Part shown: one piece after another, positions 52,401 to 64,000 of the stretch | Layout of the letters: every line of letters starts with the position of its first letter | Position numbering within the stretch: the first letter of the stretch is position 1 | DNA from: Yuukianura sp. NJ FZ-2021 | Lineage: Eukaryota | Assembly (NCBI GenBank): GCA_046563655.1 | Contig: CM102288.1 | Coordinates: forward strand, 2,108,001 to 2,172,000 | Length of the DNA stretch: 64,000 nucleotides | Direction of reading: 5' to 3' | Translations under genes and position numbers: made by a program | The notes under the pieces: model-generated | The model's database searches: none | What the model was told of the DNA's origin: nothing | The model's input: the letters and a program-made list of their open reading frames with translations, nothing else

Positions 52401-54903
52401 AAGTTTTATTATACTGTAATATAAGGTATTTAGTAATTATTTATAATACTTGTACTAATTATAATTAATAAAACTTATGATTATGATAATATAATAATTA
52501 TAATAATTATTATAGTGCTCACCAATTTCATCTTCGCAGACAATAGCCTGCATGATAGCATCGAATCCGCCTTCGGGTGCATCCAAATTTCCAGAGACTC
52601 GTGCCCTTTGAACTTCTCCCTATACATTACACAGCACGCACAAAACCACAATTAAGTAAAAATTATAAACTATAAAAATTATAAATTAAAAGCAAGTTAT
52701 AAATTATTACTCATTATTAAAAAGTTATATTTTTTAGTTAAATGTGTAGCTTTATAATAAAAAATTTAAACAAAAAGCAATAAATTAAAAATCCAAAAAA
52801 TAAAAATTCATTTTCCTTCAAAAAATTCTCCTTTAGGAAAAATAAAACTGAACTCCAGTAATTCAAAAATCATAATTTTCTGGATGGTCAGCAAATAAGC
52901 ATTATTAATTAGTAAGTCAAGAGTTGGAGAGAGTGATTAGTCAATTACTTTTTTAAGTCAATGAGAGACAGAGGAAGGAAGAGGTGTGATATTGGTCACT
53001 TGTGCAGTGAAAACAAAAATAAAGTTAAAAAACCATGTGATGAGAGGTGATCACTGGATAAACAAAAAAGAGATTCAAAATTACAAAAATCAAAACATTC
53101 AAAATTACAAAAAGCGGAAATGCTCAACTAAACTACTCAAAAGCGACAGAAATCAAGAAGGTGTTTGGTGATCAGCGATTTTTTTTTAAAGCAAATCGCT
53201 GAATCGCTGAGAGTCACTGCTTGGCGGTGGGAACTTACAGCAAAGCGAGCCGTATTGTCATCCAGACTCATCACGTTCTGATAGCCGTAGACTGGCTCAC
53301 AGTTTGGACAAGGCTGTTTCAAGCTTCAGGAAAATAATTTAATGAAATTGTATAATAATTAAAATATTTTATAAAAAATCATTCCAGATCCCCAACTTAA
53401 AATTTTTTGCTAAATTCCAAATTTTAACCCAGCCGCATTCCCTCCAGTTCTAAAAAAACGAAAACTAAAAAACCATACCCCGCTTTTGATAAAACTTAAA
53501 AAGCAAAAGTGGTGGAACGAGTGCTTTCCAGTGTCCAGCAGCAGCCAGCACAATTAATCAACACAATCAATTAATCTAACTAAACTTAAGTCATACAATG
53601 ATAGAGAAAGGAAGTGTGTAACAGTCAACAGATCTACTGAAGGAAGTGACGCTGGACACATTGACATTTAAGTGACAAACACGAGTGTGCGTAGAGTCAA
53701 TTGATCATTCCGAAATATTTCAAAGAGAAAAGAAGCAACATTGAAAAATTCCTGTTTGAACCATCCAGAATTTGGAAAATGTCCACGTTAACCTTTGACC
53801 TTAAAAATTAAACTGGACGCTGCTGGAATCATCAAGGGACTTACAGCAAACAGTTCCGTTTTTTCCATGAGCGGCATATGGCTACGGAACCCATACGGCG
53901 GAACGCAGTTGTCACAAGGTTCTAAAATTCTTAAGCCCACCGTGTCATATTCCATTTTCAAAAATTAAATTGAAACAAGAGCCACAAAATTTGAAAAATT
54001 GAACTTAAAATTTTAACTATCAAGTCAAAATTTTAACTTCATCAGTTTCTGCTTACGACTTACTTCTTTTCAACAGTAGAGACATAGGGCATGACAACTT
54101 TGTCCACAAATGATCCAAATCCTAACCGAAAGTTAGAAGTTAGTGACCGCATAGTTTGTGCCAATTGAGTCCCCAGTGATGAAAGTGTTTCCTAAAAACA
54201 GAAATAGGATTTCGGAAATGCTGGATGATTGACGAAAAATGCTGCCAGTATCAAGTATCACCTTATCGTCTTCCATACTCTTCGACAAATCCATCAAATA
54301 GTAGAGATCTACTGGATAGTCTTCGGCCTGCGCATATTGAACATGAAGATCATAGGCTTGGCCTACGCGAACTTGAACTTTGACTTGTTGTGGACGGAGT
54401 TGAACTGTTCGGCGGGTTGCAGATCCTTTAGTAATTTCGTCATCCCTGAAACAGCATTTCAAAAGGTCAAGGTCAAAGGTCAAACATTTCTTTGGTTAGC
54501 TTGTATGACTTTTAGTTCAAACTGACCTGATAGGCCACGAGTCACTACTTGGATTAATGAACATTCTTGCATCGCAGCGAATCGATTCCGGGTGAGCTTG
54601 ATGAACTGTACGAGTATTGCAGCGATCCAAGGGCAATCCAGCTTCGTTCTTAAATTCCTAAATATTTCAAAACATTCACATCAAGGCCAAAATTTTCAAA
54701 AATTTGAATTCTTTTGAAAAGATTATGAGTTCACTTACTGGTTGCGCACACCAGATACAGTCAGGGCTCTGGAGACATTCACCGCAAGTCATTTTGGAGG
54801 CACAAGTGAACGTGGCATTTGGTCCTTGAGCTACTGCTATCGAAACTAGGCCAAACAGTATCCATGTGCTGGACCAAATTCCAAAAGTACTTCGGTCCTT
54901 CAT
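49440..54903 (-). CDS. mys: Integrin beta-PS (myospheroid-like)
   Basis: [31 protein letters not shown] repeats, tail [39 protein letters not shown]; alternative 85-nt exons 53929-53845 and 53323-53239. Confidence 0.93.
51711..52215. mobile_element. hAT-family MITE in a beta-PS intron
   Basis: TIRs CAGGGCTGGT/ACCAGCTCTG with perfect 8-bp TSD ATTAAATG (51703-51710 and 52216-52223); many subterminal TAGC/GCTA motifs. Confidence 0.88.
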
Positions 54904-56196
54904 CCTGGCCAGCCTCGAACCGTTGCCCTACTCGAAGATGTCCGAACTCTACTCTAAGATGTCAGTAATCCTTTGACCTGAAAGTTATAACAAGAAAAGT
55001 TGGGCCTTGGCGTTACTCAGAAAGGAAGTTACACAGCAAATGGTGCAACGTCTGCACAAAAACTGAAAAGGGCAAAGCAACTTGAAGTGTTGGCTGACTG
55101 AGACACTTTCTTAAGCGTGGGCAACCGATGACTCAAGAACATCTCTGTAAACGCAATGCCAAGAAAACGGCTCTGCCCAAAATGTCTATAAAAACTACAC
55201 CTTCCGCCCACACCATCAACATCTCAACAGGCTATAGACAGACTTAAGTCATACGAAGAGCCGTAGCCAATTGATTAACGAATGAATAGAATTGTTTAAC
55301 TTACAGCAGCAGCAGAACAATCAAGTTTAAAAGGAACAAGCACCTTGAATTAAGTGGCCTCTTGTTTGTTATCGATAAGATTCCGGATTCTAGTGGACAT
55401 GGAATGTAAACAAAAAATTGGTCAGAGAGGAAGAAGGAGTTTCCTGATCTGGCAGCTCGTAGGTTGCTGCTGCCTCAAATGAATCAGTTGTACAAAAATA
55501 GATGTGCTTTAACCCCAGTTCTTACTTCATCTTCTCTTGCCAATGTCTAGCAAGGGATGTGCCGAAGTCTTCGTGTTGTTTTTGAAACCTCTTCTTCATA
55601 TCCTCGATCCTCTCATATACTTTAGCATGGATAAGGCTATCCAACCCGACAAGAATCAGCCCATGGGGACGCGTACAGACATAAAATCTTCGGCTTCAGC
55701 AGAGTAGATCCACCAATCCACCAATGTTCGTAGATGTAGCAAACATCCACAGGGTTTGAGTACTTCGGACAAGGATTCTTCGGATCAAATCTGTTTTTCC
55801 TATCCACAAAGTTAAACCAACAAAAGTATGATAAAAGTGTCTTATGTACTTTTCGAAGTAATCGGAATTGATTTCTTACCTTACTTGGATCCTCTGGAAA
55901 GAAGTACCAGCCGTATCAGTGGTGTACATATTCTTAGATTTACCATCCAGGACAAGGTTTAGCAGTCAATTATACGTACTTGTCCATGGCCATGTCAAAA
56001 CCCAATGTCCAAGGGTAACGTCCTATGTTGAAATTTAACGGGCAACAAACTGTAACATAGAACATATATAACATTATATTTTATGCGTTAGAATAACTTT
56101 AGAATGAGTAAATTAATTGAATTTACGGAATTAATTGACTTGTTGATGACCAAAAAGTTAAAATCAAAGCTTGTAACTATTTATAGCTTTAAAGTA

Positions 56197-56268
56197 TGAG
56201 TCACGGGGGTTTTCCCTGACGTCACGAGGGATTCCCCCTGACGTCACAACGGATTCCCACAAACGTCA
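56197..56268. promoter_or_regulatory. AP-1/kappaB/CRE motif cluster between divergent beta-PS and NUBP2
   Basis: TGAGTCA, GGGGTTTTCC, TGACGTCA, GGGATTCCCC, TGACGTCA and GGATTCCC within ~70 bp. Confidence 0.6.
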
Positions 56269-56827
56269 CAGATAACAGAGGTCAATGAACCAAAACAATG
56301 CGTAGACGCATGCGCGTTGATTCCCACGAAAATGAAATTCAAATCTTAAAACTGTCTCACCTGCGAATCTAGTACCTAACTTACTGCTTTTAGCATGTTT
56401 TAAGTACAATGACTACTGTAGTTTTAAAATAAATTGCTTGATTAATTATCAGTACAATTAATCATTACAAATTTCCAATTAATTGAACTAAAATAGGGGA
56501 ATTTGGGTGTAATCTGCAAGCGTCTGTTCAATTCTAAAGACAGATGAGTTTGTATGTGCGTGGCGGGAATCATCTGGAGGAACTCGAACCCATGTGGTAC
56601 TGTTTGGATTTTTACCAAATCATGTTAATTCATGAGATTAATTGATCGTTATTAGCAAAGTTGTGATAATTTTTGACTAATCAAGAACTTTTAAGCCTTA
56701 AACAGAGTAAACTTTTATTTACAGTTAGTTACGACATCGATCGCGACCGTGGACGACGACGACATCAAGTTTCGTTCTAAAAATTGCAGATTCAAGATTT
56801 GACCTGCTGACCTCAGTACTTCATAAG

Positions 56828-58155
56828 ATGACTGAAAACTTGAGCAAGTTGAAGCACATAATTCTGGTCCTGTCCGGGAAAGGTGGTGTGGGAAAGTCAA
56901 CAGTTAGCACACAATTGGCCTTGAGTCTTGTTCAGCACGGGTTCAAAGTAAGTTTTAATAAACTGTTTTTCATAGTCAATTGAAATGATTATAGTACTTT
57001 AATAGGAAATAGTCATTTCAATCAGAAATTTAGAACTAACGATAAGTCAATTCTAATTGGTACACGACCATTGCTGTGTGTGCAGTCTGCTTCCCAGGAA
57101 CTTTGCATCAATCAAGGGAATTCACTGTTTGAAAAATTTCTTTTTCTTGGGCGACGTTTTAGGTAGGAATTCTGGACGTGGATGTTTGCGGCCCTTCAAT
57201 TCCGCAAATGCTAGGTCTTGGCTCAGACAAGGAGATTCACCAGTCAGATGTTGGGTAAAATTGGACCAAACCAAACATGTTTACGAACTTGGACATTAAG
57301 CTTAATTGTACTATGATTTTTAAAGATGGGTGCCGGTGTATCTGGATTCCTCAAAGTCCCTTGGAGTCATGTCAATTGCTTTCTTGCTGAAGAGTAAAAA
57401 CGATGCTGTGATTTGGCGTGGACCTAAGAAACATTGTAAACACCGACCCACGACACGACTTACGAGCGATTATCTATTTCTGGTTCTTTAACGAAGGAAC
57501 TGTCTTTGTCTTACTTTTAGCAATGATCAAACAATTTATACAAAATGTGTACTGGGAAGACACCGACTACTTAATTGTGGACACGCCACCGGGTAACTTG
57601 TGAATTAAATACTTTTAGATACGTAGAGTAACGCGACGTAATACGTAAAAAGTTCCATTTACTTTCCAGGAACCAGTGACGAGCACATGAGTGTGATGGA
57701 ATCGCTGAAAGATTATCCGCATAAGAGTGCCGTCTTGGTTACCACACCGCAGCTCGTTTCCGTCAACGACGTTCGTCGCGAAGTAACGTTTTGCCAGAAA
57801 CTGAAGATCCCCGTTCTCGGTATCGTTGAAAACTACAGCTCGTTCAAATGCCCGAACTGTCAGGTATGAAATGCTTAACTAAACTATTAGTCACCATCGT
57901 TCATCTAAAAAAATTCACGACTCAATTTCATTTTTCCATTTTTTCCAGGATTGTACTCCGATTTTCCCACAAAACGGTGGAGAAATCTTGTCTCGTGAAA
58001 CCGGGTTGGACTTGCTGGCCAAAATTCCAATCGATCCTAACCTCGTACGTTGCGGAGAGTCTGGAGAAAACTTTATCCAAAAATTTGCAGAATCAGATAC
58101 TGCTAATGTCTTTGCCCAGCTAGAATCCGACATTCTTAAGCGAATTTCAGACTAA
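56828..58155 (+). CDS. NUBP2: Cytosolic Fe-S cluster assembly factor NUBP2 (Cfd1)
   Basis: [38 protein letters not shown]; lacks the N-terminal 4-Cys extension of NUBP1. Confidence 0.93.
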
Positions 58156-61100
58156 AACGATAACGTTATTCCATTAAAAATTCCCTCATTTTCTCCAATG
58201 TGCTCATTCTACTTTGCATTTCATGGAGGGAGTGAAATACTTGGCCAATTCTTCTTCAAGTGAAACGGAAGCGTCCAAAAAGTGATAAAGGACCTGGACA
58301 CATTGCCCATTAATAAGCTCCACTTTCCAGCGATTCAGCGATGTTAAGATCCAAGAGCCCTTAGCCAGTTATGACTTACTGGAAAGGAAATGAGAATTTT
58401 GCATGACCAGGAGTCATCGTGGCGATGCTTTACAGGTAAAAAGTCAAAGGTTATGCAAAAAAGAAGTGAAGATTCTTATCCTTTTGTGGCTCTCTTCCAC
58501 AAAGTATAATTTTTACTCCTTTTTTCTTTCTACTTCCAGAAAACGTATAACTCCAGGAGTGTTCCAGTAAAAACTCGGCAGTAGTTGAGGATATTTCGGA
58601 AGTTGGCGTGTCCATTTGACTTGAATGGAAAACTTGGATCTTTATCCAGAATGATAAATCTGACTTCCATGGACTTCTTCCGTCCCTCTTCCTACTCTCA
58701 CAGAAAGTAAGTCTCTCTTCCTATATTTCTCTTAACGTAAACCGTCATGGCGTGACTTGACTTGGAGACTAACCTTTTATCGTCATTCCCTTTTATTCTA
58801 GTCGTTTTCCCTGGATTCAACTACTGGACTACTCGACTACTGCCAAGCATTTCTGGCAGTGGCAACACGACATCTTCTCATCAGCTACAGACGCCCCGAT
58901 AAATCATAAGACTTCCCTCATTAACTGCCACGTTCGCAACCCACTTCCACTGACTCAGACGAAACCCTTTCAACTTCTATCTCCATTTCCTAAGCTCCGA
59001 ATTTCGGAGTTCTTTTGTTACCCGGGGAAAGTAGGCCCTTGGACTTAATTGGGATCGAGCCTACCCGGGATATTTCCTCATAAATTTCACGACTTCCAAA
59101 ATCCAATTGAGGCAGGAGAGACGATAGAGGTGGAAACGACAGTGCACCGCGGCGGCGGCGGTTATCTCTACGAACTTTGTAGCTTTTCTCCTTTGCGTGT
59201 CTGTTTTTAAATCGGTTGGTCAAATTGTAGAGAAGGGGTGAACCGTGGCGTGTGCGTGGCGGTGACCGAAGTTGTCGCTTTTTCAAATCCATCCCCGCTA
59301 AAACCGGAAGTATTTGATCCCTTTGTCACACTCCGCTTGACCTGACTTCCCACAATAATTTACATGAGAGAGAAGCAAAAATGAAAGTGAGATTTTGAAT
59401 CATGATTTGTAGTTTTCTAATTTCAAAATTTTGTTCCAATTTTTCACACCTTTACACTTCAACTTGGTGAAAATTTATTGTTTTCTTTTCTAAACAGAAT
59501 TAAAAACAAAAAATTCGCGGCAGCTTGAAACCACTTACGAAAAAATTTGTTTCTTCTTTACCCTATTGCTTATATGCTTGTAGTTGAAGTGTTCTTTCGG
59601 TTGAAAACGATTGTTTTTTGAAATTTAATTGATGTCCATTTTTTTTCTGGAAAAACTTCTGTTATTTGTGATGGACAGTTGAGGTGCTTCATTTGATTTG
59701 GGAGACAAATGACATGAATTAGGCAGGGGAGTTGAGAAGGGGGAAAGTGGAAGGGTTGGTTGAAGTGAAAGTAAACAAAAGTGAAATTGAGACTAGGGTT
59801 AGCCTACGTTTTGTGTGTTTTTGTTGTAATAAGTTTATATCGGAAGAGAGTCCTTCCTGAAATCCAGTGTAGACTATAGGATGATGTTTCCTGAAGCATC
59901 CGTGACCTTTGACATCCCGCTGAGTGGATCGATGAAACTAATTTACACAAACTTTGTCCATTCCCATTTCTAATTTATACTTTGACAGTCTCTTGGACAG
60001 GTGAATAATTTTTGTTCATTCCATTCTAAATTCAAATACACACCCTACATGCATGTATACATTAACAAAAAAAGTTTCATATTTGAATTTTCAGAAACAG
60101 AAACTAAGAAAAAAGAAAAGTTGAAAAAAGAACATACGTGTGTTTGCTGACCAACGTGGTTTACCATTTACCTTTTACTCACTCCGAACTGAGGATGTGT
60201 ACCAAACCATAGTGTTTAGACTTTTTCGGAAATTTTGGAACGGGTGGTAAACGTAAAGGTCAAAAATGGAACTTTCAGTTTCAAACTTGGAAAAGCGAGT
60301 TTTTAATTCGAATTTCTCACGAGTTTTTGTGGTGTTTATGAAGTTGAAATCAAGGCGGAGCTTGTGTTTGTTTTGTTTTGAATGAGGATGCGCTGGAGGA
60401 TGAGCCATGGAGGGTGGATCCTATCTCTTTTTTACTTTCTCTGCACAAGTGAAAGTTAGGCTAGCATAACCTAGCTGTCCAATCCAGAGACACAAGCTAA
60501 AGTAAAAGCACCCCCAAAACTTTCCCATTTTTTTCCAATTTCTGCTTCCTTTTTTCCAAAAAGTCTAAAAAAAAGAGACCAAATAAATAAAAATGCGATC
60601 GTTGGGGAGGGAGAGAAAGTAAAGAATGGTGGAGTTCTGCTGGATACTTCCAGGGAGTAAGATGTTTCTGCAGCATCAAGCATCCATGGTCCAACTTGCA
60701 GCATCCAGCATCCTTGATCGAATGTTGCCCAGCATCCAGTATTCTTTGTCGAATGTTGTGCAGCATCCTGCATTGGCTGGTCCAATGTGCTCTGTGGATC
60801 CAGAATTAAATGGTTCATAAAGAAACAATGGAAGAGAAATGCTTGAGTCCAATTTAGTAGAAAATCAAGTGAAACGAACCGTTTAACTCAAAACTTATTA
60901 AAAAAGGTTCCCTACTCATGCCAATACCGTCCTTTCATCTATCTCAGTTGAGTACAGCATTTTCAAAATTGAATTCAAGTGTACACTTCAAATTTTGAAC
61001 AAGAAAAATAAGCCTTTCAGAAGTCTAAAATAAATTTTTCAAAAACTGAACGTTTAGAAAACTTGTTCAACTAATTAAAAGAATCCTTATTACAAAAGAT

Positions 61101-64000
61101 AATCATCATGCATTACTCGTGTACTTTCACCTGCACAATTCTAAATTTTCTAAAAATTTAAAAACCTAAAACTCTTGTTACAAAAACAGAAATTTTAAAA
61201 ATCGGTGTAGATTCAAATATTGTAGATTCAAATATGGAATTGTAAGTTGTCAGAAAATCAAGGCGTAACCTTTGACCTGTTCGGATGAGTGCGTGGGTGA
61301 TGTTGGTTTGAACTGCGGGGAGGCATTTCATCACTGTCAAAATTTCTTGGAAGCGTTTCATCCACGTCATGTCACTGTACGACTTCTGTCTATGGCGGTT
61401 TCTGTTTGAACAACAACAACAACCGTTTCAAAATTCGAAAATCTCCAATTACGCTCTTCCACAAGTCATCCTACACCTACCACTACTTTCAAATTTCTAA
61501 AATTAAAAAAAATGAAATTTTAAACAAAAAATGCTATTTTTTTTAGAAACTTTTGTGCAAAGTGATCACGCCACTTAAAAAATTTCCGAAAGTTTCTCAG
61601 CCTTTCTTATGAATTTGACTTCAGTTAAAAAAATCTTTTTTCAGCGTGGTGTTTTTTTGGCATTTTCTCCAGTGTCGCTTCTTGTTCTTTTGTATCTTGG
61701 AAATTATTGGGTCCGTAGCTCACATGATGATCTTATAAGTTAGGCTAGGGTTATGTTAACCTTAACCTACCTTTTGTATTCTTTTTTATACTGGGTTGGT
61801 GTGAATTTGCATGGACTAATCAATATTCAATAGTCAATTACTATGGATCGGTTAAGTGTGAAAGGAAATATGGAAATGAGGATCCCCATGTTCTACATAA
61901 CAAATTCAATAGGAATTGGAGCACATTGATTTCTCTGGACCAAAAATCCCCCAGCATCTTCATCTGCTCTCTCCCTCATCTTCGTTTTCAATAAATTCTA
62001 TTGTGTTCTACAAAGAAAAATCAATCCCAACACCTTGATTTTTGTCCTACTCAGATTATTGCCAATAATAATTAATACACCTTTCCTTTTCCATCTGCTC
62101 TGTTTTGCATTTTCTTAACATAAAACATGACCTATGACCTAACATCATTGTAAAACTAACATGGAACATCATGAAAATATGAGAACGGACAAACTATGAT
62201 CACAGTTTATGAGACAAAATTTAGTTTATTTTTGAAAGCTAAATGGCATAAAAATTTAGTTGAATCTTTTTCATAATTTATAATTAGTCAGTTTATTTGC
62301 AGGATTTTAATTCCACTTGCTAATCTTTGAACTGCTGGGTTGATAAAAATACGAAGTTGGAAGGTTCTTCGACGATCTGTTATGGAAATATTTTTTGAAA
62401 ATTTTCAATTAAAAAAAAGATTGATTTTTGAAATGCATTTTTGATTTGGGGTGAGTCATTTACTGTAGGAAGGTGTGAGTGGTTTAAGTGGATCACTTGT
62501 AGGTTTTGATTGTTTGGAAATGGAAATGTGATCTCTGTGAGACTGAGGGCGTTTGTTCCTTTACTACACGCTTCACTTACTACGGGATCAAATGATACGA
62601 ACTTCTTCATTTACACATTAACATTTCATATTACATTATGTTAAGAGTACAAAAGTTAGTACAAGTCAATTGATTTGAATCGATTTGCATCTTCTGCATA
62701 ACCATACAAATCTTCTCTGATGAACCCATTGTCCCAATCTACGCTTCCCGTGAGAAAAAAATTCTCCTCATGCTGTCAAGTCTTAAAAAACGACATTTTA
62801 TTAGAGGGGATGTCAAAAACGGATAAACTTTCTCCAACGAAGAACAAAAATTTCATTTTTCTTTGTTTTTCAGAAAAAAAAACTGCAGATTTTGGTCATT
62901 TTTGAGGTTGGTTTTCTCTTCTCTTTCTGGATGGATCAATTCATGTTTTATGGAGGGAACCATAAATTGCAGACTTTCTCTTTTTCTGTTCTTTTTTTCG
63001 AACTGGGATCATTTGGACACAAAAAAAAACTTGACTCGAGGGAGACTCTTCCAATTTTTTTCATCTTTTCCCCTCAGCATTTCCCAAAGAGAAGAAAAAG
63101 AATAGAGAAAGTACTTTCTCTTTTGCTGAAGAAACTTCAGGAGATTCCCTTACGCTCTCTTTCCAACTTTTTCCAGAAGAGCTGCTCAGAATCGATTTTC
63201 TCAGAAGAAAAAAGCCCAACAGGAAAAAAAACTTGGTTTTTCGAGATACTTTTACGATCTTGTCTTTTCATCGTCTCTCCAAAAGAGAAAGTTGGAGAGA
63301 GCGAACGAGATGGGAAAAAGAAAGTGGCCATTTCCCCTTTATTAGGTTTTCGGTTTCTTCCAAAAAGCGAAGAGGAGGAGGAGGGAGGAGGAGGTGGAGG
63401 GGGAGGAGGAGGGGGGCTTCGGAGGTTTACGTGTGGGAGACATGTGAGTAATGTGTTTGAAAGAACTCCAGGGGGGCTTCCATAAAAATACCCGGGTTTT
63501 CTGTGATGACCTGCGGAAAGTCAATCAAATCCAGTCCATGCCTGCATGTTGCTGGAGAAAACACTTTCTCTTGGAGAAAGCGTTTTCTGACATCCAAATT
63601 AGAGCGCCAGAATTCAAATTCCGGGAGCGGGAGAAAGGAGACAGTTGCGGTGAAAGTTAGGTTGATTCTATTGTTCTTGTTTTGGCTTTTGTGTTGTGAA
63701 TGTGAAAGTTGGAGTGAACGTGACTCCTTGGGGGGACGCCAACGTGAAAAGCAGGCAAAGTGAAAGTCGCGCGAGCGACGCTACGTGAATTTGGGAGAGA
63801 TGCTGGTTGGTTGCCTAGGGAGACTGTGTTACTAGATAGGATTTGTGGAGGATGAGCCACGGTTAGGTTAGTTCTTCCTGAGGTGGAGAGTAGGCGGAGA
63901 CTGTTGTGTCCCAACCTCTGCCCAGAAGTCCCATCCTTTTCAGGATCTGCGCTCCAACAGTCCCATCATTTACCCATCCAAAGATTCCCTCCCACTGTCC

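Noticed and set aside
56975..57130. Hairpins in NUBP2 intron 1 as a possible snoRNA or miRNA
   Set aside because: The 14-bp AT-rich stem is too short, and no convincing C/D or H/ACA box arrangement is present
62892..63485. 197-aa ORF with poly-E/poly-G
   Set aside because: Low-complexity F/K-rich translation of AT-rich DNA plus a GGA tract; non-ATG start; no recognisable domain
59100..64000. Gene-free 5-kb end of the window
   Set aside because: No supportable exons; probably intron or regulatory DNA of a gene outside the window

Overview
Compact, intron-rich eukaryotic genomic DNA, most likely an arthropod/hexapod. Evidence for this is the short GT-AG introns, the TTAGG motifs and a betaPS-type integrin with 4A/4B-like exons; a springtail-like genome is only a guess. 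About 19 spliced genes were reconstructed by hand. In order: an ELOVL elongase, two WS/DGAT-type O-acyltransferases flanking COX16, UBE2L3, a 4-TM orphan, a small secreted/anchored orphan, CSL4/EXOSC1, MTR4, TRMT10A, RPB6, a single-domain ricin-B lectin, a GMC oxidoreductase, ACLY, two tandem integrin beta genes and NUBP2. Several non-autonomous transposons are also present. Main highlights: (1) the first coding exon of TRMT10A appears to be a captured histone H3.3 N-terminal-tail exon. It keeps the H3.3 intron position, has lost all lysines except K14, and splices in frame to the tRNA methyltransferase. (2) A 2.3-kb TIR-bounded element with no transposase carries two captured Cav1 calcium-channel exons plus an intact spliced orphan membrane-protein gene. 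(3) A same-strand 4-exon gene is nested in an intron of the second integrin, at the position where the paralogue has mutually exclusive exons. All gene models come from manual reading; no database searches were run.
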